From the human T2T-CHM13v2.0 reference genome, Homo sapiens, in NCBI RefSeq assembly GCF_009914755.1, contig NC_060930.1: 64,000 nt of DNA; one strand, 5' to 3'. Positions 1 through 12,962 of this stretch are shown here, in pieces (positions within the stretch are counted from its first letter, which is position 1; each line of letters opens with the position of its first letter). The notes beneath the pieces were generated by a model that searched no databases, was not told the origin of the DNA, and worked only from the letters and a program-made list of their open reading frames with translations. A program made the translations under genes and the position numbers.

Positions 1-30
1 CAACACATGTTCTCTCATCTTTCAGCAAGA

Positions 31-158
31 TGTCAACATCACACCCAAATGTGGTATCAACGTCACCCATACAGTGGGGTATACAGTGACAACATCCCTC
101 ATAGACAAAATGTCAGTGTCACCCACAGACATAGTGCCAACATCCTACACAGACTTAA
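31..158. repeat. Degenerate 24-bp minisatellite (~5 units, consensus ~TGTCAACATCACCCACAGACATAG)
   Basis: Units start at 31, 55 (with an ~8-nt insertion), 87, 111 and 135; spacing 87/111/135 is exactly 24 nt. Confidence 0.6.
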
Positions 159-499
159 TTTTTGTCCATATTTATCCCCAGTGTCTCTCAGCGCATATGA
201 CATAGTAGATGTTTAATAAAGGCACATTGAATGGAGAGCTACGGGCTGCTGCAGGAGGAATGGATTTGTATGAGGGTTTGATGTCTGAGCTAAGCAAAAG
301 GTGCATATAGTTTCTTAATGAGCCATCGGTAGGTCTGCTGGCCAAGACGAGTAACATCCCAGGAGATGGTGAGAAAACTGACTGCAAAGTCATCTCAACC
401 CACTGTCAGTGTTCTTAGGGGAATAAACTATGGGCACAGAAAAAACACCAGAAATTCAGAGGAGATAGGTACTATGGTTTTCAATACAGACTGGTTAGA

Positions 500-1530
500 T
501 TCATGTCAACCTCAGAAATAATGATAATAACATTTTGTGAATATTTAGTAAAAAGTAGTTGTTTTCACCAGGAATATTGGAATCTCACTTCTTGTGGGAT
601 AGGTTAATTAGTCTATTGAATCAAAAAAATGAGACAGACTCCATGTACATAGACTTCAGTGGTCTATTTGACAAGGTCTACACTACTCTGTTCTAAATGA
701 GGTGAGCACAGAAAAGCAAGAGGATGTTGTCTTGGTGTCAGTTAGTGGGAAATGCAAGTAGGTTTCTAGTGGTTAGTCCTAGAATTTTGTTCTCAACCTC
801 GTCCTATTTAATAGTTTATCCAACACTTGAATGAAGATCCAGGAGGCACATGGAGTGGATTCATAGATAACATCTGTCATCAAAATACTTTGCAAGCCAA
901 TATAAGGAACCTGAGAGGATTCAATAATAAGAGGAAATGGTATGCATGTTGTCGGATGAAATTTGACAAGAACAAAATATAAGGCTCTGTAACATCTTCT
1001 CAAACAGCATCTGTATGTAGGTTGAGGGAACTTGTGGCTCCCCACACTATGAGTTAACGGTGTGATTTAAGGCTTCCCTAAAGGAAGTAAAGAACAGATA
1101 ACGAAGGAAATGGTAGTCCCGTTTTCTGCATGCTGATGGATCACACTTGGAATATTGCTTTTGACTCAGGTAGGTACCAGACTTTCTAGGTGGATCAAAG
1201 GTGGAAAAGAGCAAGTGAAGTATTTAAGAGTCCTGTAACCATGTCTGAGGAGAAAGAGTGGAAGGATCTGGAATGAACGGCCTGCAGAAGGGATGGTCCA
1301 GGGGCCACAGCAAATCGTCCTTCATATCAGAAGGGCTGTCACATAGAAGTGAGATCTTGTTGGTCTGTGTGATTGATCCCACAGGTAGAACTGAGACCAA
1401 CAGGTGCAAGTTGCTGGATACAATCACATTTTGTATTATAAGCAAGAGACTTAGAATAGTCACATCAATAATTAGAAAGACATTTACCAATATGTTGTTG
1501 GTTCAATCTTTAGATGGGAGATCAGCCTGA
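500..1530 (+). mobile_element. Ancient L3/CR1 LINE reverse-transcriptase remnant
   Basis: 643-678 translates MYIDFSGLFDKV (CR1 VYLDFSKAFDKV). ~787-830 gives FVLNLVLFNS (SVLGPVLFNIF). Downstream MKF-KC-like and PHLEYC-like remnants are in the expected order. Boundaries approximate. Confidence 0.75.
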
Positions 1531-1583
1531 ATGAACTTCTAATGTGCATTTTTCCCTCCATGTAAAAAATATGCCAGTAGCCT

Positions 1584-2124
1584 TGTATAGTCAATTGTAA
1601 AAATAACCCCAAATTCCTCCCATACCTTTATGCACACTCCTTTGCAATGTGGTGTGGTAGCATCTCCCATCAAGAGTTTATTTCTCAACCCCTTGAATCT
1701 GGGCTTGGCCCTGTGACTTTTTTTTGATTAATGGGGCATCAGCAAATGTGACTCATTTGTGAAGGAGAGGCTTCAAAAGTGCTTGTGTCTCAGGGCTTTC
1801 CCTAATGCTGCCCCTGGGAATCCTGAAACTGCCATGAACCTAGACTGGCGAGCTGGAGACTCTTGACTCAGCCAGCTGTCTCACTCCAGTTAACTACCAG
1901 TACCAACAGCCAAACACGTGAGTAAGGACATCGTAAACCAAGCAGATCCCAGAAGAACGGCCCACTGACCACAGGTGGATGACTGAGCCCAGGCAAGACC
2001 AGCAGAACTGCTCTGCTAAGCCCAGTTCCAACTGCTGTATCAGAATCATTAACTAATAAACGATTGTTATTTTCAGCCACCATGCTTTGGGGTAGTTTAT
2101 AACACAGCAAAAATGGATATATCA
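1584..2124 (+). mobile_element. MaLR solo LTR, MLT1 (F/G/H-like)
   Basis: CCCCTTGAATCTGGGCT..CCTGTGACTT, AATAAA..TTGTT..TTTGGGGTAGTTT..ACAGCAA are MLT1 hallmarks. Confidence 0.75.
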
Positions 2125-2659
2125 TAGGCAATACTCTGTCCCAAAATATATCCAGGTTGTTTTCTTTCACGCACTCTTTTCAAGGGGGGATTTGAGCATT
2201 TTTCTTTTCTTAGTTAAGACAGAATCTACTCTTAATAGTACAGGGAACCAATGTGGTGGGTTGAAATGGTGGAAAAGTAGCGGAAAATACGGCAAACCCA
2301 GAAAGACTTCTGTTGGCCTAAGATTTTTTTAAAAGGTTTACTGACATGGATAATTGATTACATGGTTGACTGTCCAACTGACGGCTGAATGAGAACAGTC
2401 GCCAAAGCCATGAGCCGACAGACAATATGGGGCTGCAGCTTTCGGTTTCTCCACTAACGGTAGAGGCAGATTGAAACTTTTCATTACCAGGTCTTCACAT
2501 GTCTTCATATTCTTGATATTAATAACTCCACTTTGTATAGCACATTTTGGTTCAAAAAACATTTTTGACATCCATTCTTTCAGGTATTTATAGTTAGCAT
2601 TTCGCACTGAGAATATTAGAGGTATGTACAACAGATGCATTTAGTTGGGGTGTGCAGAG

Positions 2660-2830
2660 AGTCAGGTTCTTGCGTCAATTTTGCTGCAGCAGTGCAGAAC
2701 GAGAGTGGAGGAGAGGAGGGAGCAGGGTTAATAGGTCAAGGGAAAGCCCCCTCCCACCCCCTCAGCACCGCCCTGCTGAGGAAATAAGCTGTTCTCCCTA
2801 TTCCATTGCCCGCAGAAGGCAGCTGAAGAC
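2660..2830. promoter_or_regulatory. Candidate enhancer: C/EBP-CRE, DR2 nuclear-receptor and NF-kB motif cluster
   Basis: TTGCGTCA ~2670, GGGTTA-AT-AGGTCA ~2725-2738, GGAAAGCCCC 2741-2750 (GGGGCTTTCC on minus), in unique sequence with some retained CpG. Motif evidence only. Confidence 0.35.
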
Positions 2831-3657
2831 TTCCCATACTGCCGTAGTTCAAAGGACCAATGCTCAACACATGATTTCCTCTATTTGCTTTCCTTGGTGT
2901 GATAGCCTCTTGAGGAAATGCTATTTATTTATTTACGTATTTCTTTATTTTTAGGAACATGTCTGGCCTGATTTGAAGCTGCTACATCTGCTTTGAAAGA
3001 AGCCACATAACCTTTGCTGCTACTTCATTTCAAGTTTTCCTTTGAATTTTCTATTTCCTGAGCTGGGAGAAATGAGAGGATGCACCCTCTCCCTTTCTAA
3101 CAGGTTAGACCAGGCAGAGGCCTAAAAATGGCGTCTCAGGGTTTTATCAAAGCCTTGAACTTCTGGCAGGAGCTTCCTTCTTTCAAGCTATGCCGGCTTT
3201 CTTCATGACTTTGATTCACATCTTCTTTGTCCTGCTATTACAAAGGAGCTGTCCATGTCTTCTCCACTCTCTTGGGGAGTATATGTATTCCTTGTTTATT
3301 CCTCCTCTAAATCAGAGTCTTATAAATATTCAGAAGTGCTGGCCAGCAAAGAGACTTGGAGTCAGGATTTTTGGGTTGGTGGATTTTTTTTCCAATTCAA
3401 GCTTTTGGACACGTGTTCCTCCAGGAAGCTTGGAGCCTTATCCTACTGCAGACCTCCAGATCCTTTGAGGCCAACTGGCTGGCTAATTAATTAATGGACC
3501 GGCTGATTTAGCAAATGGCCTTACAGAGGTGTTACTAAAACACTAAAAAACAGAACGATTTTATTTACAACCTCATCATCCCACAAGTCAAACAGGATTC
3601 ATCTTCCGTAGGGCTCTGTGATGGTTGTTTCTCAGGACTAGATATTGTTAGAGATCA

Positions 3658-3765
3658 AATATAGTTATATATATTTCTGTGTCTATATATATATATATAT
3701 ATATGGATGTATATATAGGTGTGTGTTTATATAGATATATATATATAGACATTTATGTATATATG
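3658..3765. repeat. (TA)n-rich microsatellite
   Basis: Direct reading. Confidence 0.9.
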
Positions 3766-4712
3766 TCTACGGATCTAACACTCCAAAAATCTTAGCATGG
3801 AAAACACTTTGAACTTATAAATAAGCCATTTTCACTTAAAGATTCCCCTTCTTTCACTAGAAACCTTTTACACTTTGTTTCCCCTCCCCACCTCAACACC
3901 CTGCTAGCTTCCCTCCCACCCCCCACCCTGGAACAACAGATTGGGTTAGTGCTAGAAAATGTCTTTTATGGGCAACTTAGGCAACATTCCGTTGTCAATA
4001 CAATCAACAGAAGTCAGAAATGTCAATATTAGGCAACAGTCAAAAAATTCAAATGAGTTTCTGGAAGTTGTTCCATTTCAGCCCCCTAGTAATTTCTGAG
4101 TAATTCCTTCATTTGCCTTCCAAACACTTGGCACAATATTATCTTCAGGGCACAAGCTATGCCCATTAAGCAAATTTATCCAAGCAAAACTGTGCAGCAA
4201 AAAGTGGTTTAACATATTCCAAGGTTCAATGTCTCTTTTTTAAGGCAGCTGCTCCTCTCAGCAAAAATAGAATTTAGGGAAGTGCCAACCACAGCATCCT
4301 GGGGACTGAAACATCTTTACACATAGTTGTTCTATTTTCAAATAAGAATATATATATAGATATAGATGATGTTTAAACATTGCAAAGCTTAAAGGCATTC
4401 ACAGAGAGATTAATTGGTGTGTGTGACTATAAGTAACACAAGGCTGAGATTAATAATCTGCTCAGAGAACTATTTTTCATGCGACACACAGAATCTTATT
4501 GTGTGTATTTCATTATTGCTATCTGATGGTCCCAAGGGTTCACTGTGTTTATATAAAGATTCCTTGCCTCTTTCCAGAGCCTGGAATGTTTATATTTTAG
4601 CACATAATCTTCAGAGACTCCGATGTGAAAAGTAGAATGTGTTTTTAAAAACTCGTTGTGTATTTTCCAGAGTTATTTACAAAAAAAAATTTTTTATTGA
4701 ATTTGCATTGAT

Positions 4713-4907
4713 CAGTAGTTCCCAACCAGAGGTGACTTTGCTTCCCAGGGGACATTGGGCAATGACTGGAGATATTTGTGGTTGTCACAACTAGCATCGA
4801 GTGGACAGAAGCCAGGAGTGCTCAAAACCTACCATGCACAGGACAGGCCCCACAGCAAAGAATTATCCAGCCCCAAATCTCAATAATGCCAAGGCTGAAA
4901 GACACTG
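4713..4907 (+). mobile_element. MER20 (hAT-Charlie MITE)
   Basis: CAGTAGTTCCCAACC..CCCAGGGGACATT.GGCAATG.CTGGAGA..GGTTGTCACAACT..ATGCACAGGACAG..AAGAATTATCCAGCCCCAAAT..CACTG. Confidence 0.9.
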
Positions 4908-5441
4908 GTATAGAGCGTCTATCTTGGTTATACATGACAACACTACAGTTTGTTCCATCCAATAGAGAATGTCGCCCATAATATACCCAGAGCAACCACC
5001 AGTGGCCTTTGCAATTATAACCCTGTTGGCCTGAGAATACACATCCCCCGTTTCTGTGCATGTCTAGTCAGGGAACTGACCACCAAGTTGGAAGTGAGAG
5101 ATTCTAGGTCATTTTACTTATGGCTTAAATAGCTCAATATGTTAAAGAGAATTTGGTGCTATCCTTGTTAGTCATGGCAAATTTCCTGGCTGCCTATAGA
5201 GAAAAGAGGCAAAGAAATCTATTCTCAGCTGATATGATGGGAAAAGAATTTGATATCTTAAAAAGAAATACTCAGTATTTACCACTGATTTGCAGCATGA
5301 CCTCGGGGAACTCCCTGGCTTAAAAGCACAATGACTCATGAGTTCTCCGTGATCTGTGACATATTGAGAGCACATAGTGTTGCCTCTCTCTGTTTATTCT
5401 TCTAATTCGTTAAAAGAATCAACTATGATTTATTGAAAACA

Positions 5442-5455
5442 ATATATATATATAT

Positions 5456-5508
<53 letters not shown>

Positions 5509-5510
5509 TG
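5442..5510. repeat. (TA)n(TG)~24 compound microsatellite
   Basis: Direct reading. Confidence 0.95.
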
Positions 5511-6079
5511 TCAGCCTACCTTTTTCCTCCATCAACAGGGAGGGTTTGATTAGGGGATGAACCCCAAATGCTACTACTGCCCTACTCCAACAGATCCTAT
5601 TTTCACTGTTTCTACATCCATCTCACCTTTGGGAACCATAAAAGAAGTGTTTTGCTTGAAGTGTAGTCAGGGAGAGTCCTCATATGGATGTAACTATTCA
5701 AGTGTTTCTTCAGGTTTTTACAATAGATAGAACTTGCAGATATACATTTATCAATTTATTATTAATCATTAGTGTTATGAACATCAAAATTTCAAGGTAG
5801 CAACTATCCAGCTTTCTAAAGTAAAATCAAAGTGCTTTTATTTTGCACCAAGTATAGTCTTAATCATGGCCTTCAGGTATATTTCCTTACTCCAAACATA
5901 ATTCAGTGGAAAGACCAGGCAGTGACCTGGGGCACTTGTTTTTATCTCTCTGAAACTTATTTGTAAATTGGAGATAATAATCATATTTTATAGAGTTCTT
6001 GTGAGTTGAAAATGTTAGAAGTCTTAATACTGAAAATATCTACTAAGGATTAAGCAGGTGGATGAAAAACTCACCCCTG

Positions 6080-8650
6080 GATTCAAGTTAATGAAATCTT
6101 GGAATTCCGCAGAATAAACAGAAAAGCCTAAAAACTTGCTAAGAGAGGGAAGAATATTGGCCACATGCCAAGGGATGCAAATCAAACTGGTGTCAGACAT
6201 TCTGTTAGCAACAGAAGACACTAGTAGATAGGGTGGCAAAGCTTCAAAGTTTTGAAGAAAAACGAATTTGGTCCTTGCATTCTATACCCAGCCAAACAAT
6301 CATAAAGTACACGGTCAAATTAAAACACCTCCTGATATGCAGTAACTCAAAAAGTACATCACTGCTATATCCCATATGAAAGTACTCCCCGGGGGCTTTC
6401 TTACTACCAAAATAAAGCAATTTTCAAAAGAACATGAGACATAAGAGAATGTGCAATGAAGTGTGACCAAGAAGAGGTGAGGAAGCTGCAAACAAAGTTA
6501 AAAAGAATTAAATAGATACTAATTGGATATTCTCCTTGGAGCAGCAAAAGTTTGTGGCACAGGATCATATTACTCTTTTATGGATTCCTTTATGAATAAT
6601 GTTTCTATAATTATAATAGTCCAATACTCCTTCAGAGTAAATATCTAAGGACAAAACATGGAAGGCAGTTACAGGTGGCTAGTTGAATTTAAATGTCATA
6701 AATGTTAGCAATAAATGATAATATGACTAACCAAAACTGGGAAACAGGGAGGGATAGAGGGATAGAGAAAGAAGATAGTGTATTTCAGCAAAAGTCTTAA
6801 TTTTTCCTAGTAGAAGTCAACAGATACTGTCTGAAATAGATAATCACACAGTAGAGAACTACAGGGCTTGATACAGATGTCCTTTATAACTCTTACTCTT
6901 GCATTTCCCTGGAAGTATTCAACATGCAATTTGATAAGATAAATAAATTAGAGGTATGAAATCGGCAAGAGGAGGAAAAATGATCACTATTTGTAGATAA
7001 CATGCTTATGTAAGTGTAAAATCACAGAGAATTTTCCAAAACACTTGCAAGCCATAAATTAGATCAATAAGTTAGTAGAACATGTCAGAAATCAATAGCC
7101 TTAATAAAGTGTAAAAAATGACCAAAAATAGCAGTTCAGGTAAGTTACCATGAAAAATCTTAACTAGTGTATATAACCCTTATGAGGAAAATTTTAAATC
7201 ATTTCTGATGGATACAAAAGTGACAACTAGCAAATGGAAAGACTTAATGTGATAAATTAGAAGACTCCATCTCACGAAGATGTCAATTTCTCCTAAGTTA
7301 TTTTATAAACGTAGCATGTTGCAAACAAAATACCAATTAGAGAAAACTGATAAAGAAGAGCAGTTATTATTTATACTAGATATATTGTAAAATATGCTAT
7401 AAAACCTCAATAATTTAAACAGTGTGGCACTGTGTCATGAATATAGACAGACAAGAGGAAAAGAATAGAGAGCCCATGCATCCTCCAAAATAGTCCCTAA
7501 AATTAACAGAGAGTAAAGATGATAGCTCAAGTCAGTGGGGTGAAAGAGGAGTTTTTAACAAACGTTTTGGGGACAACCAAGCAGTGATGAAATAATATGA
7601 AAGAGGATATCTACCTCTCACTGTATTCCAGATAAACTTCAAAAAATTCTAGAAAAGAAATGTGGTTTTTAAAAATTCCATTAAAGCATAATACCAAAAG
7701 AAAACATAGACAATACCCTTTAGCACTTTCTAGCAGACTCAAAATCCAGACATCAAAAAAACAAAAAAGAGGTATCATTTCAAGTATATAAAAATCAATA
7801 TATTTTCAGAGCAAAACATCCTGAGCTAGTCACAAGACAAATGGCAAACTGGGAAAAATATTTCTAACTTATTTTACAGACAAACAGCTCATCTCTCAAG
7901 TGTATAAGGAATTCCTAGATGGTGCTTAGGAAACAGCCAGTAATCAGTAGAAAAAAAAAATGGGCAGAGGATATTAACAGAAAGTTCACAGAAAAATAAG
8001 ACAAATAGACTCTAAGTGTTTGAAAAGTTGCTTAGCCTCATTTATAATAAGAGAAACGCACGTTAAAATTATGCTAAGATATGAGATTTTATCTAGCAGG
8101 TAGCAAAAATCTGAAATCTGTGATAAAAATGTGACATGACAGAAACTCATTCATTGCCAATAAAATAGTGTAAATTTTCACATTCCCCATGGAAAGCAAT
8201 TTAACAATATTGACCAAACGTAAAAATACATTTACTCTTTGACTCAGTAATCCAATTCTAAGGAACTATCCTAAACATACACCTCATATTTACATAATTA
8301 TATGTGTGCAATATTTTTTATGGTGACATTTATGTTATAATAAAAAATTAAAACAATGTCATTCAGTAAATGAATAGTTAATTAAAGTATGGCACAGCCA
8401 CTGAGTGAAATACTATGTAGCTACCAAAAGAAAGATAGAAAAAAGAATGAGAATGCTCTCTGCGTACTGATATGGAAATATCTTCAGAAAAGTGTTGCTG
8501 ATAGTATATCAATCCAATATGCTGTACATATGCTTGTTTTTGCTCTCTCTGCATAAAGAATCACTAAAAACATAAATAAACTAATAAAAGTGGCTACCTA
8601 TGCACAAGAAGCTATACAGTAAACAAGAAACTAATAAAAGTATCTGTCTA
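6080..8650 (+). mobile_element. Old L1M (L1ME-like) fragments: ORF1 end, deleted ORF2, 3'UTR
   Basis: ATTCTATACCCAGCCAAAC (ORF1 end); TATTTGTAGATAACATG (decayed FADDM); TTTGACTCAGTAATCCAATTCTAAGGAA; A-rich. Appears to resume at ~9240-9360 after a nested L1MB. Confidence 0.7.
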
Positions 8651-8654
8651 TGTT

Positions 8655-9241
8655 CCTAGAAAAATTAAACATAGAATTAGCATACGGCCCATCAATTCAA
8701 CTTCTACCTATATACACAAAAGAACTGAAAGCAGGGACTTGAACAGATATTTATTTATACACTAGTGTTAACAGCAGCTTTCTTCACAATAGACAAAAGA
8801 TGGAAAGGACTCCAATGTCAGTCAATAAATGAATGGTTAAACAAAATATGATACATACACACAATGGAATATTATTTAGCCTTGAAAAAGAATGAAATTC
8901 TGATACATGGTACAGTACAGATAAATCTTGAAAACATGCTAAGTGAAATAAGTTAGACACAAAGGGACAAATATTGTGTGATTCCACTTATATGAGGTAC
9001 CTAGAACAGTCAAATTCATAGAAACAGAAAGTAGAATAGAGGTTACCAAAGGCTGAGGGGGAGGCAATGGAAGTTATTGTTTCATGGGTACAGCTTTTCT
9101 ATTTGCGGTGATGAAAAGTTTTGGGAATGGATGATAATGATGGTTGCACATCAGTGTGAATGTACTTAATACCACTGAACTATACCCTAGAATATTAAAT
9201 TTATAAATTTTATGTTATGTATATTTAGGACAATAAAAAAA
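8655..9241 (+). mobile_element. L1MB-type 3' end nested in older L1
   Basis: AAAGAACTGAAAGCAGGGACTTGAACAGATATT..AAGGGACAAATATTGT.TGATTCCACTTATATGAGGTACCTAGA..AAATTTTATGTTATGTATATTT..CAATAAAAAAA. Confidence 0.85.
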
Positions 9242-10353
9242 GAGTGAGACCTATAGAGTCAGGAGTTGGAGGTAGGATCTGCAGGAGTGACACTACTCAA
9301 CATATACCTTTGGAACTATGTAAATATATGACTGTATTACCTAATAAGAACAACAAATCAATTCTTATGAAAGATCTGGATTTTTCTCTTTGATCATTTC
9401 TTTGATTTTTTCTATATGCAAAATATTGCTTTATTTTGTTTCAGTGTTCTAAGTACCTTCATCGATATTAGACTGTTTAGATAAACATCTCCGCACCAGA
9501 ATACTAAGCAGCAATGATTAAGAATCAACTGGATCTCTATTTCTTTCATTGCAATGTATACACTCACAGGCTCTGGCCTTCAGGCAGTACTCTCAATTCT
9601 GATCTTTGCAGGGCTGGTTAATTGCATGCACTGCATCTGCCTTGCAATCTCAGCCATCTACGTCAGGGGAGGGTGAGAGAGGGGAGAGTGGAGGGCTTCA
9701 CTTTGTGCCTCACACTCCAAGACCACTTGTCAGGGCAACCGTGCCTTGGGCATGACGAGGTCTTTCCTTTGCCCCTCATTTCATTGGGCTCTTTTCACTT
9801 GCATGAGTCCTACCTGTGGCAGGGGAACTGAAGGCCAGGGGGATTAGCAGCAGCAGGAACAGGGTTCCAGACTTCAGTCTCTGTCTGCAGCTGCCCAGCC
9901 TCCTCCTGAACATTTCCGTGCAGTGAGGGCACCCACCGTGGCGGTACCCATTCCACTGGTTCATGGCTCCACTGGCAGAAATTTATCTCTTGGGTAATTG
10001 CTACCCATTGGTCCTGACTTTATTTTCTGGAATCAAAAAAAGTAAATATAATTCCTCTTCCGTATATAACTTCAGATATTTGAAAACCACTAGCATGTTC
10101 CTCCCACCAATGCATTGCCTCTCTAGGTCCTCAGGGTTCTCCATAGACCTGCATCTTTTTAATGGCTAGAATCCCAGTAACTCCTGAACCCGTCCAGCTC
10201 CCCTCTCTCAATGTTTCTTGGATCTATAGCCAATTTCCATGGATACACTTTTGATTCCATTCCTACTTCACCTATGTCTTACAAATCTCTTTTCCCCCTT
10301 AGAAACTGAATAGAAATGTGAGCCCAAATGAAACACATCTGTGTGAAGGTTGG

Positions 10354-10897
10354 TGTGGTAGGCAGTCTTTAGAATGCCCCTCAATGGTCTTCATTCCCTA
10401 TAGAATCTTCTCCCCTTGAATGTGGGCTGTGCCTAGTGACTTGCCTCTAATGAATGAAATATAGCAAAAGTGATAGAATGCCACTTTGAGGAGGTTATAA
10501 AGCATGACGACTTCAGTCTTGCCAACATCTTTTAGGCCCTTCTCACTTGCTCTGATGAGTCTGGCTCTCAAGTGAGCTGCCCTGATGGAGAGGCCCGCAT
10601 GTCCAGAATGAAGCATACCTTCTGCCAACAGCCATCAAGGAACTGAATCCTTCCTACAACCACGTGGGCAACATTCGAAGGAAATCCCCCCCTAGCCAAG
10701 CTTTGAGATGACTACAGCCCCAGTGTACACCTCCATTGCAGTTTTATAAAAGACCTGAGACAGAGGACCCAGCTAAGCCATGGGCTAGCCAGGATTTCCT
10801 GACCTATAATAACTGTGAAATAGAATAATAAATGTTGTTGTTGTAAGTCACTACTTTTCTGACTAATTTGACATGCAGCAATAGATAACTAATTTCA
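10354..10897 (+). mobile_element. MaLR solo LTR, MLT1E/D-like
   Basis: TGTGGTAGGCAG start; CCCCTTGAATGTGGGCTG..CCTAGTGACTTG; AGAGGACCCAGCTAAGCCA; GCAGCAATAGATAACTAA..CA end. Confidence 0.85.
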
Positions 10898-11026
10898 GGA
10901 ACAAGGACAAAGAGTAAGAACTAATCATGGCCCACCTGAACCATTCACGTACTAAGCAGAGACAGTCAGAAGAACAAGTATTGACATCCTGCCCCTGTCC
11001 CCCTCTACAGGTAGAAATAAAATTTT

Positions 11027-11301
<275 letters not shown>

Positions 11302-12024
11302 TTACCACCTTAACCATTTTTTTTTTCAAAAGGACTTCACTCATGGAAGAAAAACTTTACTTGCTGTTTCAAAAAAATATTTGTGTGAAGCAGAAATTGG
11401 TTTCAATAACATTAGTAAAGAATACATCCTGGAAAATAGATAAAACTGGATGTAAAATTCTGGCAGCAATTTAATTGGACAGTCCCAGATGGTTAGGCTG
11501 AGGATAAATGTCTTGTCTGTGGGGAATTTTGGACGACACCTGGAGAAAGATTACACTGCGCCTAAACCAAATTGAGTTGCTTTCACAAGCCTTGTAAAAT
11601 TTCATATAGTAAAAGGTTTTTTCTATATGCACTTCAATTTCATAGCAAGAATGGCAAAGAATACCTAAATGCAGAAGAGAGCATTCATGCAATATATCTA
11701 ACTACTTGATATAATAACACATACAATTCAAAAATGATTACACTCTCATTATATCTAGGGTTTCTGAAACTACAAGGTAGTAGTTATGGAAAGCATGGCC
11801 CCTGGTTTCAACATCTAAAAAGCAGCCACCTCTTTCTATGAGTGTTCTCCTTTTGTGATTTTTTCTTCATTTTTCTTAGTCAACGATACTGTTGCTGCTT
11901 CTTAACAAAACTGGTAAAAACAAAATTATAATCATTGAACATAACACTCTGACAATCAAGACACTTAAAACCTTCAATCATCTGGGGCAAAAAAGCACTG
12001 TGTAGAACTCTGATTAACAAAGTG

Positions 12025-12340
12025 GGCTGGACGCGGTGGCTCACGCCTGTAATCCCAACATTTTGGGAGGCCGAGGCAGGCAGATCAATTGAGGTCAGGA
12101 GTTCAAGACCAGCCTGGCCAACATAGCAAAACTCTGTCTCTACTAAAAATACAAAAACAAGCTGGGTATGGTGGCGCGCGCCTGTAATCTCAGCTACTCA
12201 GGAGGCTGAGGCAGGAGAATCGCTTGAACCCCGGAGGCAGATGTTGCAGTGAGCCAAGATCACGCCACTGCACTCCAGCCTGGGCGACAGAGCGAGACTC
12301 TGTCTCTAAAACATAAAAAAAATCAAAAATCTTAAAAAAA
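12025..12340 (+). mobile_element. AluS (Sx/Sz-like) inserted in the AMD1 pseudogene CDS
   Basis: Full dimer; TSD AACAAAGTGG (12016-12025) / AACGAAGTGG (12339-12348); interrupts the TTLFVNQS codons. Confidence 0.95.
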
Positions 12341-12962
12341 CGAAGTGGTCATCAGTTTCCTGGCTTGAGAACTTCCACAACTTTCCTGATCAGGTCATCA
12401 CTGGAGGTCTGATTTAAGTTTGTTTGAAAGCTGATGTATGAACATTCTGGTTCTGGAGTGATGTGAATAGTTCCATAAGTGCTATCCGATTTCGTTCCTT
12501 TCATCGACTACCCACAAGGATTGAACAGTGTGGCATCAATGACAGAACCTGGTGTCAGGGCACCAATTCCAGTCCACGTGACATCCTCTGCAGTGACACA
12601 GTCTTTCATGGAGAAAGAATCTTCCCTTAACTGCTAGGTCAAACTCTCTCATCAGCATTTCCAGGGTTTGATCTGGCTTACTACCCCACTCTCTGGGAAA
12701 TCTGGAATATGTAAGTACCAACAGTCAGAATTTATATGTCTTATATAATACACTGCTCCATTTGGAAAAATTGCTTTAAGGAACTCAATTTCTTTCTGAA
12801 AATCCCAGGTACCTTTAGTGAGAAGGCTTCATGAAATCCTTAGGAAAATAAAAGAAGCTTTGAATTGAGTCAAATCCATTGTAATCCCTAGCAAGCTTCA
12901 AAAGGAGAACCAGTGCTTTCGGCCAGAGGGTGGTACAACATGTCTTCAAAATGAAATGTCTC

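Noticed and set aside
12536-12721. 61-aa ORF with AMD1-like PDQTLE.LM as a functional microprotein
   Set aside because: A frameshifted pseudogene fragment with a non-ATG start; no catalytic residues in frame.
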